Shown: positions 55,216 to 64,000 of the stretch, piece after piece | How positions within the stretch are numbered: the stretch's first letter is position 1 | Layout of the letters: each line of letters begins with the position of its first letter | NCBI GenBank assembly: GCA_051362555.1 | Contig: CM120645.1 | Location: forward strand, 992,001 to 1,056,000 | Reading direction: 5' to 3' | Origin: Lingula anatina | Taxonomy: Eukaryota; Animalia; Brachiopoda | Length of the DNA: 64,000 nucleotides | Notes under the pieces: model-generated | What the model was told of the DNA's origin: nothing | The model's input: only the letters and a program-made list of their open reading frames with translations | Databases searched by the model: none | Program-made: the position numbers and the translations under genes

Positions 55216-55294
55216 AGCGGTAACGGTAGCGAATTTTATATTCGTGACGTACGAGATTTTGTGGAGCCCACCTGCCCTTTCCTCCGGTGGGTAA
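55216..55294 (+). ncRNA. Putative snRNA-like small RNA, copy B
   Basis: Weak upstream motif CAGCCATT at 55158; stem GCGAAT/ATTCGT; ATTTTGTGG; 3' stem GCCCACC/GGTGGGT. Confidence 0.5.
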
Positions 55295-56136
55295 TGTTCA
55301 AATAAAATGTCTCTTCAAAGTCCACTCTTGACGCATTCACTGTGGTCATAAGTGGAGTACTGACAGTGACTTCAACTGTTACACAACGCATTTAAATCGA
55401 GTTAGACTCTAAATGAACCCACTTATGCCAGATTGCTGTTCCCTGAAGACTATGGCAGAATAGTGTGTCTTAAATAACAGCGTTATTTAGGAGGTTCATC
55501 ATTTGAACACAACTAGCAACACCAACGGCGTACCACAACGGAACCGTATTTGTCCACTTATTATCATAAAAAGCATACAAATATAAATATTTTTAATATC
55601 AGAATTATAATTTATCTAAATTAAATATAACAACATAAAGACATAGTATTTGCAAGCATGAATAAATGTATTTATAAATAAGCACTGACCGCCACGTTTA
55701 ATCTTCTAGCTTTTAGTAGCTTTAATCTTCTAGCTATTATCACGAAGCGCATATAGTATATGTGTCCAGTAATTATATGAATTTCATGCGATAAATAACT
55801 GGTCATTGCACGAGCGACCAACTATTTTTACAAAAAAGGAATTTCTATTTTCATTCTAGAAGCAGACACCAGCTTAGAAGTGTTATTTGGTAGGAGTTAT
55901 TTTGTGCAGCATGTAGGTCAACTTGGGTGATATTACCGATAATGATTTTCATTATACATATATTTATTATTACAATTATCTTATCTTTGTACCTAGAGTA
56001 AAAACGTGGAACATATTGCAAATTGAACTTAAATAGAATTTATAAGCCTGAAGAAATGCAGTCATAAATAAGCACATTCCGCCACGCTGAATGAACTTGA
56101 GTCAACATAAATAGCATCATTGACCCTGATGAAAGG

Positions 56137-56217
56137 GTGCGGTTTTATGCGAACTTTGTAGTTCGCAAACGGTGATTATTTTTTAGAATGCCCACTTCTC
56201 AAGGTCAAGGTGGGCAT
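56137..56217 (+). ncRNA. Putative snRNA-like small RNA, copy F
   Basis: Upstream CCGCCACGCTGAATGAACTTGA at 56079; stem TGCGAAC/GTTCGCA (compensatory versus TACGAAT/ATTCGTA); ATTTTTTAG; 3' stem ATGCCCACTT/AGGTGGGCAT. Confidence 0.5.
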
Positions 56218-56698
56218 GAGATATTAAAATAATGAAGCATCTTGCAAACAACTCCAAGCACTCAAACAACGTATCCTAGGAATTCTTATCAGACATTAGT
56301 TTTATTCTGTATCTAATTATGCAGACATGATTAATTAATTTATTTCACGCGATACCTAACTGGTTTTGCACGACCGAGCAACTATTTTCACAGAATGGGA
56401 ATTTCTATTTTAATTCTAGAAGCAGACACAGTTCAGTAAGTATTGTTCGGTAGGAGTTATTTTGTACAGTGTGCAGGTGGCACACTTGGTTGATATTACG
56501 GATAATGATATTTGTAATAAATATATTTATTATAACAATTATTTAATCTTTGTATCTAATGTAAAAACCTATAGAATATCGCAAATTGAACTTTTATAAA
56601 ATTTATAAGCATGGATAAATACAGTCGTAAATAAGACAATCCGCCACGCTGGAAGAACTTGAATAAATATCAGTATCGTTAATATTGCGTCACTGACG

Positions 56699-56774
56699 CT
56701 CTATTAAGCTTTATTTGTCGAAAAGGAATATTATCATTTTTAGAATGTCCGCTCCCCAATCAATAGGTGGACAT
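56699..56774 (+). ncRNA. Putative snRNA-like small RNA, copy G (5' hairpin degenerate)
   Basis: Upstream CCGCCACGCTGGAAGAACTTGA at 56641; ATTTTTAG; 3' stem ATGTCCGCT/GGTGGACAT. Confidence 0.35.
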
Positions 56775-57104
56775 ACGATATAAAAGTAATGAAACGATCA
56801 TCCATTCTACTCTACCTAAACACACGACGCCTTTGAGGCAGTAGCTTTATGTATCTACAGCCAGTAATTATATTAATGCCATGTCATAATTAACTGATGT
56901 TTGCACGAACAAGCAACCATTTTTGCATAGGGAATTGTTACAATTATAATATTTTTGTATCTAATGCTAAAACGTAAAAAGTATTGCAAACTGAGGTTTG
57001 ATTAAATTTATAAGTATCAATAAACAAAGTTATATTCTCAAACAACCCGCCATTACGCAAGGGTTTCTGCATATGATAATTAGTTTGCAACCTACATCTA
57101 GCAG

Positions 57105-57189
57105 CGACGAACGACGATTACGAATCTTTATATTCGTAAACAGACGATATTATTTGGAGCCCACACCCCTTGTTTTGTCGGTGGGCAAT
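57105..57189 (+). ncRNA. Putative snRNA-like small RNA, copy C
   Basis: Upstream CCGCCATTACGCAAGGG at 57047; stem TTACGAAT/ATTCGTAA; ATTATTTGG; 3' stem GCCCAC/GTGGGC. Confidence 0.55.
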
Positions 57190-57439
57190 TAAGCTAATAT
57201 AATTCCTTCAATGCTAAAACTGTATCTTTCAACATAACAATAAATTTTCCTTATAGTAAGGTACCCTCTACCATGGAGACAGATTGATTTTCCATAGATA
57301 TTCACAGACATGTCTATAGACAAATAGACAGTCATTTTGGCTCTCAAGAAAAAAATGTCCACAATAATAACTTTGGCCCTGGTAGTGGGTAATTGATAGG
57401 CACATTCTCGGCTAAGAGCTCTTCATCTAATACACAGGG

Positions 57440-57572
57440 CAGGCCCGTAGCCAGCAAATCAAAAAGGGGGGGGGGGTCTCTTCTGAAAAAGTGGACCTTA
57501 TGAAACTTATGTGTACCAAGATAAAATTTTTTTCTTTCGAACCCCCCGAACCCTCCGCTGGCTACGGGCCTG
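57440..57572. mobile_element. 133-bp MITE with perfect 16-bp TIRs
   Basis: CAGGCCCGTAGCCAGC ... GCTGGCTACGGGCCTG; 5-bp flanking direct repeat CAGGG at 57435-57439 and 57573-57577. Confidence 0.8.
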
Positions 57573-58078
57573 CAGGGTTTTAGTACATAATAATACCCTG
57601 CCCTCGAGCCTGATATAACTATATAGCATGCTGAACGATAGCAAGGTATAGCAGGATAGGAGGTAGCAGTGCATTATTTGTCATAATACAAAGGGAAATC
57701 GTAAATGTTTTCTATCCAAAACACCCAACTTCGAATGGGATTCGCTGATATCACCGCTGTCTATAGGAACGACGGTTACAACTACTTTTCGTCCACAGTA
57801 TGCGGAAATAGACTACTTTCACTTCTTACCAAGACCGTGCCACAAATTAACTAATTTATGTACTTAAATAAAAATACAAATAATAATTTAAATTATAAAT
57901 TGCAATTAATTTCAGAATCATCACATGTATCAAGGTAATGCAGAATCACATTGCATATTCTAAAATGAACTTTTGTTGAAATTATAAACATCGATAAACG
58001 TAATTACATTCTGTTACAATCCGCCATTACGCAGGGCCTTGAGCAATGAATAGCCGATCGCAACCTTTTTCTGCTCTA

Positions 58079-58163
58079 TAACGGACGACGATTACGAATC
58101 TCTGAATTCGTAAACAGACGATATTCTTTGGAGCCCACACCCCATGTCATTTCGGTGGGCAAT
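58079..58163 (+). ncRNA. Putative snRNA-like small RNA, copy D
   Basis: Upstream CCGCCATTACGCAGGGCCTTGAGCAA at 58021; stem TTACGAAT/ATTCGTAA; ATTCTTTGG; 3' stem GCCCAC/GTGGGC. Confidence 0.55.
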
Positions 58164-58274
58164 GTAAGTAATAAACATCTCTTTTTTCCACGAAGACATG
58201 CTGTTGAATAATAGTCTAATGATGTGTTATCCACTGTTACAGCACGTCCAGAAAATGAAAGAAAATTTATTTTA

Positions 58275-58486
58275 AGACTGGGTTCCCGTATATTAAGATC
58301 GACCTAACTCCCTGGGGGTTCACGCTGAATTGCTGTCAACTTCCGGGAATCGAGCGCGCACAAAAGTTAATTACCCCCTTACAGCTTTTAGAAGGCGGGA
58401 CAGACATTTAAGCCAGTCAAGCTGACAGCAATTTAGTGAGACTCCCCAGGGTGATAGATCGATTTCAATATCTGTGGGAATGGTCT
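58275..58486. mobile_element. MITE-like element with imperfect TIRs; homologous to 25790-25965
   Basis: AGACTGGGTTCCCGTATATTAAGATCGACCTA ... TAGATCGATTTCAATATCTGTGGGAATGGTCT. Confidence 0.6.
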
Positions 58487-58561
58487 CTAAGACTGGGTTC
58501 CCACAGATCTGCCACAAGTAAGGAGACGGAAGAAATCACACAAATAATAATAATAATAACA

Positions 58562-58592
<31 letters not shown>

Positions 58593-58597
58593 GGGGA

Positions 58598-58784
58598 GCG
58601 TTCCCATAAACTCATCGAAGTAACTGGATCGATCTAACTCTGCAAGAATTCTAGATTCCTGCTTTAGTAAATAAGGGGTAATTGACTATTGTGCCAGATA
58701 ATTATACTAATTACACTAAAAGCACTTCAGTAAGAAGCTCCGATGAGTTAGATCGATACAGCTAGCATTGTTATATGGGAACGC
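58598..58784. mobile_element. MITE-like element of the same TIR family
   Basis: GCGTTCCCATA ... TATGGGAACGC termini and inner inverted ATCGATCTAACTC / GAGTTAGATCGAT. Confidence 0.6.
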
Positions 58785-59311
58785 AGATACTCGTGTGGTG
58801 GCAGTATGATACACTGACTCCGGTAACTATAACTGAACCTATATTTCGAGGTCACTTGGATTTTATACTTTTACTTGTGCATGAGAAAAAGGCTTTAACC
58901 TAAGTTAATTGCTTTAATTACCCCCAACGTGGAATTAATGTTTTCGTTTTCGTTTGTTTGTCTTTTAGCAACTTAAAGCAAAGGTAATGATAGGATATTG
59001 ATCATAAGTTTTTTGAATGGATAACCTTACTTCTCTGCAGCGACGCATAGTAGCTTATTGTTACAATTATACACGGTACATAAAAAATGATACCACCAAA
59101 ATTTACAAATAAGTACATTTGAAACATATCATTTATTATATATTATTAGAATTATAATAAAAATAAGTTAAAGACAGTTGATTAAAATCTGTACATAATA
59201 TACCTCTTACAAAATTTTAAGTGTCGAGTATTACTTTTATATTCAATCACTGTCTGCCATTTCAAAAGAGCTTAAGCAAATATACAAGTATTCCTTATCG
59301 TCATAGTTTCT

Positions 59312-59389
59312 CTGCAATGGCTACGAATTTTCTATTCGTACCGGACAGTATTCTTTGGAGCCCACTCCCCTTGTTTCCAAGTGGGCAAA
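59312..59389 (+). ncRNA. Putative snRNA-like small RNA, copy E
   Basis: Upstream CTGCCATTTCAAAAGAGCTTAAGCAA at 59254; stem TACGAAT/ATTCGTA; ATTCTTTGG; 3' stem GCCCACT/AGTGGGC. Confidence 0.55.
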
Positions 59390-59736
59390 TAACGTATTCA
59401 AAAATTTTACTCAAATGCATTCGTGTACACAAGTTACCCCTTTGGTCGTTCACTCCCCTTTTTCGTTCAAGTCTCAAACCAAGTTAAATCTCAGGACTCT
59501 GCTCAAAGCACATGCTATTTTTATACAATTAATTGTCTTGTCGTGAAATATTTGGTCAATAATTTAATTTCAGAATTATTTTTTATATTTTTTAAGTTAA
59601 AAATTATGTGACATTTTGTAAATTGAACTCTGCCTGAATTTATAAACATCAATCTATATATATTTATTCTTAGACGGTCCACCATAACACAGGGACTCGA
59701 GAACGTAGTTGACATCTGGGCTGCAATACTGATTTT

Positions 59737-59801
59737 GGAAACGAAAACTGAATTACTTATTTTTGGCGCCCACTGTGTGCGGTGTTACAGTTAGTGGGCA
59801 A
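59737..59801 (+). ncRNA. Putative snRNA-like small RNA, copy H (short, no 5' hairpin)
   Basis: Upstream CCACCATAACACAGGGACTCGAG at 59679; near-canonical Sm-like ATTTTTGG; 3' stem GCCCACT/AGTGGGC. Confidence 0.4.
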
Positions 59802-60704
59802 TTATAGATTGGAAGAATTTATTATAAGATATTAACTTGTTAAGTTTCAGAAAGGTGGTGCCCGGACAAACTGTTGTTAGGCCTTGGTGAACGTTCATAA
59901 ATTGACAAGAACTGCACTCAAAATACGTACAATAACCGGGTAATGTATTTTTGTGTTTTATAAATATTACCTGTATTCACCAAATTTACTCCGCAGATAT
60001 TTGCGCAACCTAGGAACCTGGAGAGAAATTCCGATTCTTTCTTCCGATTGAAGAACTGGACGACAGAAAAATAAAAAAACTTGAATTTTCCTGAGCAACG
60101 TCTGGGTAATGACGTGATTTCCCACTGCACAAATTTAGATATTTGCACATAATTAGCGGGAATTGTATATGTGAACATTAAGTGGAGCAAAAAACTAGCA
60201 GATGAATGTTCATATTGGGCAACGAGTCAATATTTTATGATTGCGTTTGTTGAGAACAGCGGTAACAAGAATGTGTTATTGTCCATGCGTATTTAGAATC
60301 TAATAATCCTGCATAGTGGAATGCGTGGACGTTCTCAAGATAGCTGATAACAAAGACAAAGTGAGCTGTCTGAAGGGACTTGATGCCTCCCCCCCCCCCC
60401 CCGAATACATATAATAAAAATGTAATAATTATTAAAGAAGAATGATTAAAATTTGTTTATAAAAGCCTGTTCCTGTCCAGTGGTTTCATCCGGGAACCAT
60501 CAAGATCAATGGCTTTTGTTTCAAGTGTACAAATGGGTGTTATACTTATGTGTGAATCGGGGGTCTTTTATCCTAAAGGTTTATGAAGAATGTATTGAAT
60601 GAGTGTTGCTTGTTGAAAATGTGTCTTTTATACGGAGCTTGGACAGAGGTTTGAGTTGGATGCTTTTTGTGGAGTTAGTAGAACCGTATAATTAAATATG
60701 GTTT

Positions 60705-60748
<44 letters not shown>

Positions 60749-61232
60749 AAAACAGAACCAGAATAGAAAGAATTCAAGGCCATGTTGCTGGGACCCCTGT
60801 ACCTATTTAGTCTCTCAATTTGTTACTCACAATAAGCACTGTCGTCATTTATGTCGCAACTCCCACGTCAGAGAATGCCCTGTATATAACATTGTTCTCT
60901 GTCTATAAAACCTTATTATTTTGATTGACAGCTGTGACAGGTGTCTCTGAATACTATCTCGCATCTTCTTCATTTTACACGATATAATCTGACACTGGAA
61001 ATAAATAACTTCCCGTCACCTGCACGTCAAAATAAATATCCTACTTGTCAATTTTTTTTATCTTTTATCACAGAGGGTTAAAAAATAACAACCTCTGAAT
61101 GCAGTGTGGATATTTCTGATACAGTATGGCTGTCACATGCATTAAAATTCCTTTCAAATCTTTAGTATGTGACAGTACAAGTCATTGGGTTTGGTATAAT
61201 GGAATTGTTTGAGGTTTACAATCGTCTAAATT

Positions 61233-61327
61233 TATATAAAAACCTTAGACATGCATCTTGCCACCCGTGACCCTGAATCTTATCTTGTCCCAGTTCGACA
61301 GTGCTGTCACAAGGAGCCCTGGTAAGT
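61233..61327 (+). promoter_or_regulatory. Possible TATA box with a short exon ending in a consensus donor
   Basis: TATATAAAA at ~61233-61241 and CTG|GTAAGT at 61321. No downstream coding exon identified. Confidence 0.25.
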
Positions 61328-61418
61328 CACTGCGAGATGAGCACACGGTGGAGGACGGGTTCACAGGTTTTCGGTTGTCTTATGTGCTGCTGGCTGCGCT
61401 ATTCTCATCTCATACCGG

Positions 61419-61507
<89 letters not shown>

Positions 61508-61764
61508 TTTTTTCACAAGATATTCATAGATATTTCTCTGGTTATTCTCTGGTTATTCTCTGTATTGTGAGAATTTTGTAGGTAAAAAATTAACCGACAA
61601 CACCACCCTCCCAGACCTTGAAAGAGAGTATCTACGCAGCACAAATACGTTCTACTGGACACGGATTCCAATTTGTAACCAGACTGTCGCTTTATGTCAG
61701 TTTTGACAAACCTGGTCTTTCCGAACCTCAGTTACATCTTAATCGAACCTGCCCCCCCCCCCCC

Positions 61765-61831
<67 letters not shown>

Positions 61832-62275
61832 CCAATTCAGGGGTTTAAAAAGAGCGAGATCTTTCTCAGTTACACGGTATTTGCCTTGTCACCAGTGTTT
61901 GTCTTCAGTACCAGTGATGTTGGCAAGGGAGACCCAGTTTTGGGGCACAGAAAGGGGTGGGTCAGTTTGTCACTTACCTGTACACATGTAAAGTGTCACA
62001 CAATACAGTTTGTATGGTCCAAATGTCAGAAGAGGACGAGGCTGTGGAATGAGTTGTCCAATATTGAGCAATATCTTACGAGAAGATTGTTACCTGGGGG
62101 AATTGGGAAATTATTTACTTCGGGTCATTTAAGGGGGTGAAAAGATCCACTTTTTCAGACAAAGAACCCCCGTTTTGAGTGCAGGCCTGAAACTCTTTAA
62201 CGTTATTAGCATTAAATCAGTACAGACTTGAACACTTAAAATGATGAACTGATTTTTTGGGACAGTAGAATCTTA

Positions 62276-62503
62276 AACCCTTTCCCATGGCCCCATTGGA
62301 ATACGTGGATCGGCCAAACTCTGCGGGGACTCTTGCTGAGTGCAATCAGCTGGCGTGAATTAGAATACAGAAAAGCTGGTGACTATGGACGTTGGATACA
62401 AGAAGAGGCGCGTCATTCAGGTTAACTGATTGTACTCAGCAAGAGTCCATGCAGAGTTGGGTCGATAAACGTAGACCGATAGTATCTATGTGAATGTGGT
62501 CTT
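62276..62503. mobile_element. MITE-like element with long (~80 bp) imperfect inverted arms
   Basis: AACTCTGCGGGGACTCTTGCTGAGTGCAATCAG is inverted as CTGATTGTACTCAGCAAGAGTCCATGCAGAGTT. The termini resemble the TTCCCA/ATCGATCTAACTC family at 58.3-58.8 kb. Confidence 0.6.
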
Positions 62504-64000
62504 GATCTGTAGAGACAATGAAAAAACTCTGTGGGCCCCTTCAGCCCACAACAATCCACCATTTTGTCCCCAGTACCAGTCAATTCCGATAACCCACTCA
62601 AAATATTCATCAGGTGGCAAGAACACGCCCATACGATATCGTTAAACACAGTTTAACATTTCATGGTATGGCGTACATTCCTTTCAACGCAGGTGCACCT
62701 AAAAATGTCCTCATATTCATTACAGGATAAAATGATATCAAAAATCTACTGTTTCAAAAATAGCTCCTTTAAATTTGCGCTTGGCGTGCCAGCCAGGCTT
62801 TTAATAGAAGTCGGGTTGATTTTTTCCTCGAAACTGTCGCAGCGAAGGTTATGAACGGTAGACGCCTTGAATAAGGTCAATCACTCCAAAGCTGTACCCA
62901 ACAAGTTTATAAGGAAGTTTTTCGTGGTCCTGCCTGAACCTTCTAACTCGACACGAAACTAAATGGCTCAATTTCGTGTTATTTGAGTAAAATATACCAA
63001 AATTTCCGTATAATGATGAAAGATGCCAGTGATTTGGGTTATTATGTATGTGACTATTGCATAAAAGTAGGCTTATCTTGTCAGCTTAAATCTGATTTCA
63101 TTTTAAACGACAAATGCAAGAAACCACCTGTATGTTTTTTACTGTGTCTGGTGATGAATGACACATAAATAAATTCATAAAAGCAATACCATATCACCCT
63201 AACATCACCCCCACGAAACCTCCCACCTACTCCCCCCCCCCCCCTCGGCGGAAGAATCCTGCCAAAATATGCACTGGGTGTCCGCCCGTCAGCTCCTCTG
63301 TGTGGTCTTAACACCTAGAAGGTGCGAACTGGGCCCGGGGATCCTATTGTCGACACCCTGTGTCATGTTTGCTGACATTAAATGGACGCAGAAAGCGCGG
63401 CCTTTCAGCAAAGTTTGTAACAAAATGCTCAGCGTTGCAATTATCCGGTGTGTGCAGAGCCCCAGTCATGTGTGAGCGGAATTCCACGATGGGTTTCCAG
63501 ATAAGGAGACAGTCTAATAAACTAATCAACTTCTGAATTAAGTCCTTTCTGTGTTTGTCCAACCTGACAATTCCAGGGTCAGATATCGTTGTGTTCATAC
63601 AGCAATGGGCGGATGGGTGTGGCGGGGGATGGGGGGTGTTATAAGGAGGGCGGGGAAGTGGGAGAGGCATGTGTCAATGTCCTCTGATTGACGTGGATGA
63701 TGATAGAGATGGACGGAAGGTGGGAGAGAGTTCAGGTGACTGGACAGAAGCTTTTCTAATTTTATTTTGTCAGCTGATCTGGTTTAGACATTTTAAAATT
63801 GAGATGTCTAAATGCAACCTCATGCAAATCTGGTTGAACGCTCCATTTATTTCTCCAGAAAAATGTCCTCTTTTGTCCTAAACCGTTGGAATTGTTTAAA
63901 TGTCAAATTGTACGCGTTGCTTAAAATGTATGTTGTCTAGCTTTTGTCAAAACATGTTAGGAATTTTCTAAAAATCTAAAAGCATCTAGGTGTTTGGATA

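Noticed and set aside
56120-56170. CTGATGA...GAA resembling a hammerhead ribozyme core
   Set aside because: I could not build the three stems and the GAAA/NUH arrangement; CTGATGA mostly sits in a simple ACCC/GGGT hairpin and is absent from sister copies.
57040-57190. Identification of the repeated unit as U4, U5, U7 or SL RNA
   Set aside because: No U4/U6 pairing region, no U5 loop GCCTTTTAC, no U7 AATTTGTCTAG, and no conserved leader plus GT donor across the copies.
54115-59801. CRISPR-like repeat-spacer array
   Set aside because: Eukaryotic context, diverged units, irregular 0.4-1.2 kb spacing and no cas genes.

Overview
AT-rich, microsatellite-rich eukaryotic (invertebrate animal) genomic DNA with spliceosomal GT-AG introns, so the ORF track shows most genes only as fragments. 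(1) 1-23.3 kb: minus-strand tandem array of three-exon type II Golgi carbohydrate sulfotransferase genes (Sulfotransfer_2, CHST8-14-like; 334 aa when spliced). Four copies are intact, two carry nonsense codons and three are deletion relics, with higher-order duplication and mosaicism. (2) 24.1-25.1 kb: a three-coding-exon neuropeptide precursor (137 aa, signal peptide, KR/GKR/GRR sites) predicted to release LFLHGamide, LFLHGSamide and EFLHGRLamide, a [F/W]LHG family I do not recognise, with a candidate TATA promoter and non-coding first exon at ~28.9-29.1 kb. (3) 34.3-41.4 kb: a CARD-like plus RI-type LRR protein with no visible NACHT domain, a Pro/Tyr-motif N-terminus and a candidate myristoylation exon. 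(4) 54.1-59.8 kb: eight diverged copies of an snRNA-like unit (fixed-distance upstream motif, hairpin, Sm-like U-tract, 3' hairpin with compensatory changes) that matches no spliceosomal snRNA I can recognise. Several MITE families and many microsatellites are also present. All exon structures were read by hand and need transcript confirmation.
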